A DNA stretch of 64,000 nucleotides from Candidatus Udaeobacter sp. (lineage in GTDB: Bacteria; Verrucomicrobiota; Verrucomicrobiia; Chthoniobacterales; UBA10450): assembly GCA_036269995.1 (NCBI GenBank), contig DATBDJ010000014.1, positions 36,785 to 100,784 on the forward strand. Direction: 5' to 3'. The notes under the pieces are model-generated. The model was given only the letters and a program-made list of their open reading frames with translations, ran no database searches and was not told where the DNA came from. The position numbers and the translations under genes were made by a program. Shown piece by piece: positions 17,900-28,400 of the stretch; the first letter of the stretch is position 1, and each line of letters starts with the position of its first letter.

Positions 17900-18672
17900 A
17901 CGAAGTGCCGCGGCTGTCGCGCCGAAAGCGCGCTCTATTGAATTGTGCGCCAATCAGCCATGAGAATGTGACTGACCGCGCGATGCGTGCGGTACTAGCT
18001 CGGGTAGCGGACTCGAGCGAGTTTATTAATCAGCAAAATTTCGATCGCGCTGTCGCCGAACGGGTTCGCCTGATCCCAATTCCACCCGAAACGGCTGAAT
18101 GGTTTTCAGAAAAAGATTTGCCTGTTGCATCAAAGTGGACGTGGAGAAACATGATCCGGAATCCGGCGGTGCTTGCCATCAGCATCGCGGTCCTGGTCAT
18201 CGCGGGAGTTTTCGTGTGGCAGCTTTTTGCTCGTCTAAACGAGTTTCCAGGCTCGGCGACGGCCCAGAAATTATTGACGGTGGCCAGTTCCACGCGACCG
18301 GTCATGCTTGACCCTATAAGCACTGAAGCGGGTACGTTGAGCGACTTGTTTTTTATGAAACACGGGCTGGAACACTATGATGTTCCCGATGAATTTGCTG
18401 ATTTCCGCACCATTGGTTGTCGTGTGTTCGAGGATGAAAGCTCGCGTCGGATCGCCCAAATCTGGCTCGCTGAAAAGCGGATGCAGTTATTTCTGTTTCC
18501 CGCCGAACGGGACACGAAAACAGGCGCGGTGCTGAAGTTCCCCGGATGGCGCTACGTTCATCAAGAAGGGTGGGTTGGCGCCGTAAAGGAACAGAGCGAC
18601 GTGTGCTTCATGGCTGCGGTCCGAGGCAATGACAAGGACTTACAGCCGTACGTCGGGAAGCCAAAAGAGTAG
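17896..18672 (+). CDS. putative anti-sigma factor, single-pass membrane protein
   Basis: 258 aa, translationally coupled to the sigma gene. One TM segment (AVLAISIAVLVIAGVFVWQLF) separates an ~95-aa cytoplasmic part from an ~140-aa external domain that I do not recognise. Confidence 0.5.
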   Translation: MNEVPRLSRRKRALLNCAPISHENVTDRAMRAVLARVADSSEFINQQNFDRAVAERVRLIPIPPETAEWFSEKDLPVASKWTWRNMIRNPAVLAISIAVLVIAGVFVWQLFARLNEFPGSATAQKLLTVASSTRPVMLDPISTEAGTLSDLFFMKHGLEHYDVPDEFADFRTIGCRVFEDESSRRIAQIWLAEKRMQLFLFPAERDTKTGAVLKFPGWRYVHQEGWVGAVKEQSDVCFMAAVRGNDKDLQPYVGKPKE

Positions 18673-18830
18673 AAGATATTCTCTCTCCTCTTCCGCTTCT
18701 TCTCCGTACTCTCGCAATCTTAGGGCAACGAAACCGTGAGACTAAGAGGAAGAGGAATGCGAGGACGGCCGCGGTGCTTGTCGCGTTGACAGCCGATATC
18801 ACGCGATTGACCTTTGTCGCCGCCGATTTC

Positions 18831-18902
18831 GCCAGGGTAGCTCAGTGGTAGAGCAGGGGACTCATAAGCCCTTGGTCGGGAGTTCGAATCTCCCCCCTGG
18901 CA
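18831..18902 (+). tRNA. tRNA with CAT anticodon (elongator Met, or Ile2 if lysidinylated)
   Basis: 72-nt cloverleaf: acceptor GCCAGGG/CCCTGGC, D-stem GCTC/GAGC, anticodon loop CTCATAA, T-arm GGGAG-TTCGAAT-CTCCC. G1:C72 are paired, so it is not an initiator. No encoded CCA. Confidence 0.9.
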
Positions 18903-18941
18903 ATTAATTGGGCGTTGGAGGTTGGACGTTTACAGTTCGAC

Positions 18942-20465
18942 GTGGGCAAGGCGATCCTGGAAAAGCTTTATGCCGCCGGAAATTCCTACTGGCTGACGCG
19001 CTTTGTCATTCTGCGATTGCTCGGTTTCGTATACGCCGTTGCTTTTCTTGTTGCCGCACAGCAACTCGTCCCATTGATAGGCGAGCACGGCCTGACGCCG
19101 GCGCGTCAGTTTTTGGCGAGCATCGAAACGCAACTCGGCTCGCGAACTGCCGGAGTGTTGCGGGAACCCACTCTGTTTTGGCTTGGCGTTTCCGATCAGG
19201 GTCTATCAACGTTCGCGTGGATCGGACTGGCCCTCTCGCTTGTCGTGGTAGCCGGTTACGCGAACGCCATTATTCTCGGCGTTCTTTGGGCGATGTACAT
19301 GTCCATCGTTCACATCGGACAAATCTGGTACGGCTACGGTTGGGAGATTCAGCTGCTTGAAACCGGTTTCCTGGCGATCTTTCTCTGCCCACTGCTCGAT
19401 GGCCGGCCATTTCCAAAGTGCAGACCGCCGATTCTGGTCATATGGCTGCTTCGCTGGCTTGGCTTCCGCATCATGATCGGAGCAGGCCTGATCAAGTTGC
19501 GCGGCGACCCATGCTGGCGCGATCTCACGTGCCTTTACTATCACTATGAAACGCAGCCGATCCCCAGCCCGGTGAGCCGTTATCTGCATTTTGCGCCGCA
19601 CTGGGCCCACAAATTCGGGACTGCATGGAACCACTTCGTCGAACTCATAGTGCCATGGTTTTCATTCGGACCACGGCACGCGCGGCACGTCGCGGGTGTC
19701 GTGCTGGTAACATTCCAAATTTTTCTGATCATCAGCGGCAATCTTTCGTTCCTCAATTATCTCACCATCATTCCGTTCCTGGCCTGCTTCGACGACACCT
19801 TCCTGTGCCGCCTTTTACCGAGAGCTTTGGTCAGCCGCGCTAAACACGCAGCGCAGGAATCAGAACCGTCACGCATCAACAACAGTGTCGCAGTCGCGTT
19901 ATCCGTTGTGGTGATCTACCTCAGTGTCGCGCCGGTGCTCAACCTCATTTCCGGCCGACAAGTCATGAATACATCGTTCAACAGATTTGATCTGGTGAAC
20001 ACTTACGGCGCGTTCGGCTCTGTCGGGCGACAACGGGACGAAATAATTTTCGAAGGCACCCAGGATTCGATCATCACCGGCGACAGCAAATGGCAGGAGT
20101 ACCAATTCATAGCCAAACCGGGGAATCCCGATCGCAGGCCGCCGTTTGTCGCCCCGTACCAGCCGCGGATCGACTGGCAAATCTGGTTCGCCGCGATGGC
20201 TTCACCCGCCGATTATCCGTGGACACTGCATTTCGTCTGGAAACTTCTGCACAACGATCCGGGCACTCTCTCGCTTTTGGCGAACAATCCATTTCCCGAC
20301 GCACCGCCCCGTTACATTCGCGCGCGACTGTATCGGTATCAATTCGCGCCCCTTGGCGAGAAGGCGTGGTGGAAGCGCGAGGTGGTCGGCGAATGGCTGC
20401 CTGCGCTTTCCACAGAAAATGCCGAGTTCCGTGAGCTGCTCCGCGCGATGGAATGGATGGACTGA
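18942..20465 (+). CDS. lipase maturation factor (LMF1-like) family membrane protein
   Basis: Polytopic. SYWLTRFVILRLLGFVYAVAFL and ISGNLSFLNYLTIIPFLACFDD resemble LMF-family blocks as I recall them. There is no ATG near the 5' end. The ORF-track TTG at 18915 lies inside a repeat 13 nt after the tRNA, so I prefer the in-frame GTG at 18942, but the start is uncertain. Confidence 0.7.
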   Translation: MGKAILEKLYAAGNSYWLTRFVILRLLGFVYAVAFLVAAQQLVPLIGEHGLTPARQFLASIETQLGSRTAGVLREPTLFWLGVSDQGLSTFAWIGLALSLVVVAGYANAIILGVLWAMYMSIVHIGQIWYGYGWEIQLLETGFLAIFLCPLLDGRPFPKCRPPILVIWLLRWLGFRIMIGAGLIKLRGDPCWRDLTCLYYHYETQPIPSPVSRYLHFAPHWAHKFGTAWNHFVELIVPWFSFGPRHARHVAGVVLVTFQIFLIISGNLSFLNYLTIIPFLACFDDTFLCRLLPRALVSRAKHAAQESEPSRINNSVAVALSVVVIYLSVAPVLNLISGRQVMNTSFNRFDLVNTYGAFGSVGRQRDEIIFEGTQDSIITGDSKWQEYQFIAKPGNPDRRPPFVAPYQPRIDWQIWFAAMASPADYPWTLHFVWKLLHNDPGTLSLLANNPFPDAPPRYIRARLYRYQFAPLGEKAWWKREVVGEWLPALSTENAEFRELLRAMEWMD

Positions 20466-20654
20466 CTAAAAAACATTCAAAGCAAGCTGTCCGTGAAAAT
20501 ACCGCCGCTTGTCAGGAAAACTTTTCTCGAGCGAATTGCGGACGCGAAATTCAATTTTCTCGTGGCGAGATCACGCAGTCAATTGCAGCAACGGATCGTA
20601 ATCATTCGCGTCGCCGGTGAGCGGCTGTGCATCTCGCGAGCAATTCGGTATCTG

Positions 20655-21332
20655 TCATTGTTGATCCGTTGCCTTCGCTGGGAAGATCTGTTGCGCAGCG
20701 GTTGCCAGCAACTCGCGTACATCTTCATCACTGGTCTGCGAGAAATCTTCGTAATACTGACCGACCGCCTGAAAGAATACAGGCATGGTTAGACAGATCG
20801 TCTCGTCCACCAGCTGTTCAAGTTCCTGGCAAGTGTCCGTCGGACCGACTGGAACGGCGACGACGATTCCTGCCACGCCGCGCTCTCGCAGTGCCTTGAC
20901 CGCGGCTCGCATGGTTGCACCAGTGGCCAGCCCGTCATCCACCAGGATTACGGTCCGGTCGCGCAGCTCCGGAGGCGGGCGACCTTCACGATAGATCTGT
21001 TCGCGCCGTTCCAATTCCGCTGTCTCCCGAGCCGTCACCGCTTCGATTGCCTCTTCTGCATGCGGTAAGACGCGAACGACTTCGTCGTTCAGCACGCGCA
21101 CTCCGCCCGATGCGATCGCGCCGGCAGCCAGTTCTTCAAAACCGGGCACACCAAGTTTTCGCACGATGAAAACATCGAGTGGTACACGCAGACGTTTCGC
21201 CACTTCATATGCAACAGGCACGCCGCCGCGCGGCAATCCGAGGACGATTACATCGTCGCGCCCTGCATATTTTTCGAGCTTCTCCGCCAGTTGTCGGCCG
21301 GCTTCAGCTCGATTTGTAAAAGGTCGCGCCAT
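20655..21332 (-). CDS. phosphoribosyltransferase family protein
   Basis: PRPP-binding loop [14 protein letters not shown]. The N-terminus from the ATG at 21332 ([16 protein letters not shown]) is typical of the family. The ORF track starts 11 codons upstream, at 21365. Confidence 0.85.
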   Translation of the reverse strand: MARPFTNRAEAGRQLAEKLEKYAGRDDVIVLGLPRGGVPVAYEVAKRLRVPLDVFIVRKLGVPGFEELAAGAIASGGVRVLNDEVVRVLPHAEEAIEAVTARETAELERREQIYREGRPPPELRDRTVILVDDGLATGATMRAAVKALRERGVAGIVVAVPVGPTDTCQELEQLVDETICLTMPVFFQAVGQYYEDFSQTSDEDVRELLATAAQQIFPAKATDQQ

Positions 21333-21506
21333 GCGGCCAGATTCCCCCTGCTGAAATGCGGGCAATCGGTTCTCCTAGATTTCGCTTCTCGAGGGCGCCT
21401 CGCGTGTTTTCAAGTTAAGCGGCGCCATCACGTTCGCAGCGCGCGCGCGACGCGGCTAGGCGAATTGGACCGGCCACAGGCCGGCTACAGCATGGTTGAA
21501 ATTGTT

Positions 21507-24500
21507 CTACGTTCCGCCAGCGGGATTGCGGTTTGGCCACGGCGGAGGCGAAGGCAGATCGTAGCGTTTTGTTTTTAGTTCGTCCTGTATTTCCTGAATG
21601 GCCCGATCGAGTTGCTGATCTTCCCCTTTAAATTCCTTACCAGGGTCATTATCGACCACGATGTCGGGATCGACGCCGTGACCTTCGACGATCCACTGTT
21701 TGCCGTCTTTTGAATAGATCGCAAACTCCGGTTTGAAAAACTGCCCGCCATCAACAAGCGGCAGCGACTGACGAATGCCAACGACGCCGCCCCAGGTGCG
21801 TTTGCCAATCAGCTTGCCGAGGCCAAGCGCCTTGAATCGATACGGAAAAATGTCGCCGTCGGACGCCGAGAATTCGTTGATTAACGTTACCATTGGGCCG
21901 GTGAACGCTTGCGGTGGGTCGGTTTGCGGCATGCCATTGCGAGCAATGCCGACCATCATAAATGCGCGCCGCAATCGCTCGATCACCAGTGGCGAAACAA
22001 AACCGCCGCCGTTGCCACGAACGTCAACGATGAGCGCGTGTTTTCTGATTTGTGGAAAGTAAAGTTTCGTAAACTCGTCCAGACCGGGCCGGCCCATGTC
22101 GGGAATGTGCAGATAGCCAACTTCGCCGCCGGTTTTTTTGTTCACGTAATCCATATTTTTTTGCACCCAATCGAGGTAGTAAAGCGGCGCTTCGTCCTGG
22201 GTTGGGACGACTGTCACGTCGCGTGCGCCGTCGTCCGCGGGTTTTGAATTGACGCGAAGGACCACTTGTTTGCCGGCGGTACCGATCAACGCGTCGTAAA
22301 GATTCGGCAGGCCCGAGACTGGCGTGTTGTTGATCGCGAGAATGTAATCGCCCGGTTTGACGTTCACGCCGATTTCCGTGAGTGGCGAACGGGTCTGTTT
22401 AGTCCAATTTTCGCCGGGTAAAATCCTCTCGATGCGATAGGCGCGCGTAGCGGCATCGCGCGAAAACTCCGCCCCTAGCAGGCCGAGCTTGATACGCGGC
22501 GTGTCTGGCCGTTCGCCGCTACCGACGTAGGCGTGGCCGTTGTTCAATTCGCCGATTAGCTCCCCCAGCAGATAAGTCAGATCATTCCGATGATTCACGA
22601 AAGGCAGGAGCGCCGCGTATTTGTCACGCATTGCCTTCCAATCCACGCTGTTCATGGTTGGCGAAAAGAAGAAGTCGCGCATTTGTCGCCAACACTCGAA
22701 GTAGATTTGGTGCCACTCGGCGTGGCGATCTAACTGCATGTCAAGACCTTCGATTTTGTGTTCGTGATCTTTCGTCTCCAGCTTATCTTTGGGCACGTCG
22801 ACGATGGCGTAATCTTTTTTGATCTTCACCAGCATCTTTTTGCCGTCGAAAGTGATCTGATAATTATTGGCGTCGCCGAGCACCGTTTCCTTGCGCTCGT
22901 CGAGGTTGTAAGAGCAGAGATGCGATTTTCTGTCCCTGTCAGAGAATAAATCCTCTTCGTCTGCGCCGACCTCATCGGCAGCAGTGCGACGCAGGTAAAA
23001 GATGCGCCCGTCATCGAGCATACGGAGATTGCGATAATTGCCGGGCGTGATTTCCAAGCCAACAATCCGGTTCTGAATTCCATCAGCGTCGACTTTCACC
23101 GCGACTGCTTTCTTTGGTTTTTCTTCGCCTTTAGTCGCGCTCGGACTCGGTTCCGATTTTTTCGGCTCAGCTTCTTTTGCTTTTTCTTTCTTGCGTTTTT
23201 CCTCCGCTTTGCCAACCTCGTCGCTCTTCGGTGCGAGCGGATTCGGCGTGTCCTTCGCCAGCGTCACGAGATACACGCGCTCCATGTCGCGGTAAACGTT
23301 TGCGAATTCCTGGTCGCCGAAACTCGGCTTGAAATCGCGAGCGGAGGTGAGAAGCAAATATTTTCCGTCGTCGCTGAAGGCCGCTTCGCCGGATCCGTAC
23401 CAGTTATCCGTCACGGCGCTCTGCTGTTTATTTCCGAGCGAGTAAATATAAACGCGCGGCATCCCGTTCTCCTCGGGCCGCACCCAGGTGATCCACTGGC
23501 TGTCGGGCGACCAGTTGTAGTCTTGGATCTCGCCGTATTTGTCCTGGTCGACTTGGGTTACACTCTTCGTGGTAACATCCACATAGCGCAATCGCTGCAA
23601 TCGGTCGCTCCATAGCAGTTTCTTGGAATCAGGCGACCACTTCGGCGTGTAATAATAAGTGTCGGCGCCGTTGGTAATTTGCTGCGGGTCGCCTCTGCCG
23701 TCTTGCGGCCGCACATACAATTCGTTCTCGCCGGTCGCGTCCGAGTTGTAGGCAATCCATTTGCCGTCCGGCGACCAAATAGCGTCACGTTCGTGCGCGC
23801 CTGAAGTCTTGGTCAAGTTGCGCGGCGTGCCGTTCTTCGCCGGCACAGAAAAAAGATCGCCGCGCGCGACTACGATCGTGCGCTCGCCGTCCGGCGCGAG
23901 GTTTACAGATTCGAGATGCTTCGATCCGTCGACCAATCCACCACGACCGCTATCGAAATCTTCCTTGATCTCGATTGGCACAGGCGCGGCCTGTGCCGTA
24001 GCGAGATCGTAACGCCAGATCGAGCCCGCCTGCTCGAACACAATCGAGTCTTTGCCGATCGACGGGAATTTGATGTCAAAATCGGTGAAATGCGTCAGCT
24101 GCTTTGTCTCCTTCGTCGCTGGATCGATCACGAACAGGTTCATCCGATTATCGCGATCTGAGATGAAGTAAATTTTGTTGTCCGATGCCCACATCGGGCA
24201 GATGTCCTGCGCGGGGTCGTTCGTCAGGTTTTCGGTGGCGCCAGTTTTGAAATCATAGATCCAGATGTCATCCGCCATGCCGCCGCGATAATGTTTCCAA
24301 GTCCGGAATTCCCGAAACACACGGTTGTAAGCCATCTTTGAGTCGTCGGGAGAGAAAGAAACGAATCCGCCGCGCGGCACCGGCAATTGCTGTGGCAATT
24401 CTGCATCGAGACTAACCGCTAACAGCGAGCCGATGAAATCGTTGAACGAAGTCATGCGCGAGCGAAAAACGACCAGCGGTTTCGTGTTTTCCCACGTCAT

Positions 24501-24923
24501 CACGATGTTATTTGGTCCCATTCGGTCCGAAATGTCGTCGCGTCCAAGTGTGGCCGAAGTCGTAAGGCGCTTCGGCGTGCCGCCATCCGCAGGCATCACG
24601 TACACTTCACGATTGCCGTCGTACTCCGAAGTGAAAGCGATCTGCGTTCCATCCGGTGAAAAGCGCGCAAATGAGGTGTAACCCGGCCCACTCGTTAGAC
24701 GCCGGGCGGTACCGCCGCTTTTGTCAACGGCATACAACTGGCCGGCATAGCAAAAGACGATCTGCGCGCCATTCGTAGTCGGAAAACGCAGCAGCCGCGC
24801 CGTGTTGGGCGCGCCACCCTGATTTGCCGTTGCCGACGGACTTTGCGCCGAGATCGATGGAACGAAGGGTGCAGCTTGCGCCAACAAAAAAAGAACCACG
24901 AAAGACCGGAAAAATATGTTCAT
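21507..24923 (-). CDS. tricorn protease homologue (beta-propellers + PDZ + S41 peptidase), secreted
   Basis: 1138 aa with a signal peptide. N-terminus LLRFPTTNGAQIVFCYAGQLYAV..GG.ARRLTS...FSPDG..IAF matches tricorn-type PD40 repeats, and the C-terminus has a PDZ and an S41 domain. There is an internal K/E-rich segment. Confidence 0.85.
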   Translation of the reverse strand: MNIFFRSFVVLFLLAQAAPFVPSISAQSPSATANQGGAPNTARLLRFPTTNGAQIVFCYAGQLYAVDKSGGTARRLTSGPGYTSFARFSPDGTQIAFTSEYDGNREVYVMPADGGTPKRLTTSATLGRDDISDRMGPNNIVMTWENTKPLVVFRSRMTSFNDFIGSLLAVSLDAELPQQLPVPRGGFVSFSPDDSKMAYNRVFREFRTWKHYRGGMADDIWIYDFKTGATENLTNDPAQDICPMWASDNKIYFISDRDNRMNLFVIDPATKETKQLTHFTDFDIKFPSIGKDSIVFEQAGSIWRYDLATAQAAPVPIEIKEDFDSGRGGLVDGSKHLESVNLAPDGERTIVVARGDLFSVPAKNGTPRNLTKTSGAHERDAIWSPDGKWIAYNSDATGENELYVRPQDGRGDPQQITNGADTYYYTPKWSPDSKKLLWSDRLQRLRYVDVTTKSVTQVDQDKYGEIQDYNWSPDSQWITWVRPEENGMPRVYIYSLGNKQQSAVTDNWYGSGEAAFSDDGKYLLLTSARDFKPSFGDQEFANVYRDMERVYLVTLAKDTPNPLAPKSDEVGKAEEKRKKEKAKEAEPKKSEPSPSATKGEEKPKKAVAVKVDADGIQNRIVGLEITPGNYRNLRMLDDGRIFYLRRTAADEVGADEEDLFSDRDRKSHLCSYNLDERKETVLGDANNYQITFDGKKMLVKIKKDYAIVDVPKDKLETKDHEHKIEGLDMQLDRHAEWHQIYFECWRQMRDFFFSPTMNSVDWKAMRDKYAALLPFVNHRNDLTYLLGELIGELNNGHAYVGSGERPDTPRIKLGLLGAEFSRDAATRAYRIERILPGENWTKQTRSPLTEIGVNVKPGDYILAINNTPVSGLPNLYDALIGTAGKQVVLRVNSKPADDGARDVTVVPTQDEAPLYYLDWVQKNMDYVNKKTGGEVGYLHIPDMGRPGLDEFTKLYFPQIRKHALIVDVRGNGGGFVSPLVIERLRRAFMMVGIARNGMPQTDPPQAFTGPMVTLINEFSASDGDIFPYRFKALGLGKLIGKRTWGGVVGIRQSLPLVDGGQFFKPEFAIYSKDGKQWIVEGHGVDPDIVVDNDPGKEFKGEDQQLDRAIQEIQDELKTKRYDLPSPPPWPNRNPAGGT

Positions 24924-25192
24924 GAAAAAAAGGTGAAGTCAGCAAAGTGCCGTTGAACACGTGGCATGCAACCCACGAGTTGAACTAACAGGTATAATTT
25001 ATCATCGCTTTGAACATCGGATGCGCCGCGGCATTCAATCAGATTCAAACAAAATTGAATTGAGTTAGGTTCTCGTCATAGCGCGCAAGTTGGCGACACA
25101 CACCAATTTGTCTGCGTCAGGCTACTCGACCCGAGTTGCCATTCGGCGTTGGATGTTGGACGTTGGGCGTTCGGCGTTTCTTCTGCTTTTGA

Positions 25193-25282
25193 GGAAGGGT
25201 GGCTGAGTCCGGTTTAAGGCACTCGACTCGAAATCGAGCGTGGGGAAACCCACCGTGGGTTCGAATCCCACCCCTTCCGCCA
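25193..25282 (+). tRNA. tRNA-Ser (CGA)
   Basis: 90 nt: acceptor GGAAGGG/CCCTTCC, anticodon stem-loop CTCGA-CTCGAAA-TCGAG, long variable arm GTGGG-GAAA-CCCAC, T-arm GTGGG-TTCGAAT-CCCAC. CCA is encoded. Confidence 0.95.
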
Positions 25283-25476
25283 TCCATTGTCTGCGTCACT
25301 TCCGTGCAAAAAATGTTACAATTTTTATCTTGCCACCTGCGATCGGCGGGCTGCATATTGTATGTCCACTGGGCAGCCACGCTATTAGTAGTTGTTGACT
25401 GGTATTCACAGCTTGTTGGCGCCGCTGTTCACCGTTATTCGCACACTATTTGGAACCTCAACCCTCCTTCGCCGCC

Positions 25477-28400
25477 ATGATTCAATTAAAACCAGGAATT
25501 CAGCCCGCATCGCTCACTTCGTCACTTCGCTCTGCAACGCGCCAAAAAACTGCCACTGAGAAAAAGAAAAATGCCGGACTGCGCTTTGACCGCGTGTTCA
25601 GCGATGCTGCGGTTGCGCCTTTTGATCAAATCCAATGGGAGGAGCGTACGGCCGAAATCACCGACGACGGTGGCAAGGTTATTTTTAAGCAGGAAAATAT
25701 CGAGGTGCCGAAGAGTTGGATCGAATTGGCGACAAAAATTGCCGTCTCAAAATATTTCTACGGCGATATCGCGAATGGCACCGATCCCTACACCGGCGGA
25801 CGAGAAACGTCAGTGCGGCAATTGATCCACCGCGTAACTCGAACGATCACCGACTGGGGAATCGCCGACAACTACTTCGCGGATGCCCAGGCTGCTGAAA
25901 ATTTCTACGACGAGCTGACGTGGCTGTGTTTGAACCAGCACGGCGCATTTAATTCGCCGGTTTGGTTCAACGTTGGCTTGTTTCACCAATACGGCGTCGG
26001 CAAAGGCGGCGGCGCAGGGAACTACTTTTACAACCGCGAAACTGGCAAAGCCGAACGTGCGCCATCGCAATATGAGTATCCGCAGGGCAGCGCCTGCTTC
26101 ATCCAGAGCGTAGGCGACACGATGGAAGACATCATGCGCCTGGCCATGAGTGAGGCGATGCTTTTCAAGTACGGCAGCGGCACGGGAACAGATCTTTCGT
26201 CGTTGCGGTCAACGAGAGAAAAATTGAGCGGCGGCGGCAAGCCCAGCGGGCCGCTCTCGTTCCTGAAAGTTTACGACCAGATTGCCAATGTCGTGAAAAG
26301 CGGCGGCAAAACCCGGCGCGCTGCCAAGATGAACACGCTGAAGGACTGGCATCCCGACATTGAAGAGTTCATCGAGGCCAAGCAAAAGGAGGAAAAGAAA
26401 GCGTGGGCCCTGATCGAGCATGGTTACGACGGCAGTTACAATGGCGAAGCGTACGGCTCCGTGATGTATCAGAATGAAAACGTCAGCGTGCGCGTGAGCG
26501 ACGATTTTATGGACGCGGCGCTGGCAGACCGTGAATGGTGGACGCGTCGCGTGACAGACGGTCAGCCGTGCGAGAAAAAAGAGGCGCGCAGTTTGCTGCG
26601 CAAAATCGCTGAGGGCACATGGATCTGTGGCGATCCTGGAATGCAATTCGATACCACAATTCATAAGTGGCACACCTGCAAAGGAACGGATCGACAAAAT
26701 TCCACGAATCCGTGCAGTGAGTATCTGTTCCTGGACAACACTGCGTGCAACCTTGCTTCGCTAAACCTGATGAAGTTCAAAACCGCGGATGGCGATTTCG
26801 ATGTCGAACGGTTCAAGGCTGCGGTGCGAATTTTCATCACTGCACAGGAACTCATCGTTGATAATGCCAGCTATCCGATCAAAGAGATCGCCGAAAACTC
26901 ACATGTATTTCGAACCCTCGGACTGGGTTACGCCAATCTGGGTTCGTTGATCATGAGCTACGGACACAGTTACGACAGCGAGGAAGGCCGGGCGCTTTGC
27001 GGCGCGATCACCGGCATCATGACCGGAGAAGCATACGAACAAAGCGCGCGCATCGCACAGGCGATCGGGCCGTTTCCTGGTTATTATGACGCACGCGCCA
27101 GCGGCGTATCGAAGCCAGTGGCCAAGGACAACGTCGAATCAACGCTCGACGTGATTAAACTGCATCGGCAGGCAGTGCGCGACATTTCCGACGCGACACA
27201 ATTTGCCCATCTCAAGAACGAAGCTGCAAAAGTCTGGGATAGCGCGGCGGACCTCGGCAAATGCTACGGCTACCGGAATGCGCAAGTGACCGTACTGGCG
27301 CCGACCGGCACGATTAGTTTCCTGATGGATTGCGACACAACGGGAATTGAACCCGACATCGCGCTGGTCAAATACAAGCTGCTCGCCGGCGGCGGCATGC
27401 TCAAGATCGTCAACCAAACGGTCAAACTCGCTCTGGACAAGCTCGGTTACAATTCCGAGGAGATCGAGCGAATCATCGCGCACATCGATGCATTCGACAC
27501 AATCGAGGACGTCACTGACACCGACGGCTCAAAAATTTCATCCGGCCTGAAGCCTGAACATCTGCCGGTGTTCGATTGTGCATTCAAGCCATTCAAAGGC
27601 GAGCGCTCGCTGAATTACATGGCGCATCTGAAAATGATGTCGGCAGCCCAGCCATTCCTCAGTGGCGCGATCTCCAAGACTGTGAACATGCCGGAATCAG
27701 CAACGGTGGACGACATCATGAACACCTACGTCGAAGGTTGGCGGCTCGGTTTGAAATCGATTGCCATCTATCGCGAAGGCTCAAAACGCTCCGCGCCTCT
27801 GAACACTCGAAAGACAAAAGACATGGGCGCTGTAGCCGCTGGCGATGACAGCGGCCTTTCCGTCGAAGCAGTCGCGGACGCTCTGCAAAACCGTATTCTG
27901 GAACTTGAACACGAACTCGCGAGCTTGCGCACTCGCGCTGACCAACCGGTACGTCATCGGATGCCGGATACGCGGAATTCCATGACACATCGCTTCGAGA
28001 TCGCTGGCCACGAAGGCTACATCACGGTGGGTTTGTACGAAGACGGCCAACCGGGCGAACTGTTCATCACAATGTCCAAGGAAGGCAGCACGATCGGCGG
28101 TTTGATGGATACAGTCGGAACACTCACGTCGATCGCATTGCAATACGGTGTTCCGCTGGAGAGTCTCGTGAAAAAGTTCGCGTACCAGCGATTTGAGCCG
28201 AGCGGCTTCACAAAAAGTCCGCACATTCGTCACGCAACTAGCATTACCGATTATGTTTTCCGCTGGTTAGCCTGCGAATTCATCGAAGGCTATAAGGAAG
28301 CGACTTCGCCGAACCGCACCCAGCCCGATCTGCCGCTCAAGGAGATTTCTGACATTGAGAAGAAAGCTATGAACCGCCCCGTTACCGATCTGGCGCATAC

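Noticed and set aside
24993-24998. Perfect TATAAT hexamer about 195 nt upstream of tRNA-Ser
   Set aside because: No acceptable -35 lies at 16-18 nt (the sequence there is ACCCAC-like) and there is no TG extension. A lone hexamer is expected by chance in 64 kb.
18831-25282. Genomic island or prophage integrated at one of the two tRNA genes
   Set aside because: There is no integrase, no direct repeat of a tRNA 3' end, and the genes between and beside the tRNAs are ordinary chromosomal genes (LMF-like, PRTase, tricorn, nrdJ).
25117-25380. 87-aa minus-strand ORF (and 25199..25480 on the plus strand) in the tricorn-nrdJ gap
   Set aside because: Both overlap the well-formed tRNA-Ser (25193..25282) and the GTTGGA word repeat. 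Their peptides (..TPNVQHPTPNG..) are repeat translations, not genes.
25283-25476. Possible NrdR boxes or a cobalamin riboswitch upstream of nrdJ
   Set aside because: CACACTATTTGG (about 25441) and TGCATATTGTATGT (about 25350) each match only about half of the 16-bp NrdR palindrome as I remember it, and they are about 90 bp apart instead of about 30. I found no B12-box-like sequence. Deciding this needs a PWM or covariance-model scan.
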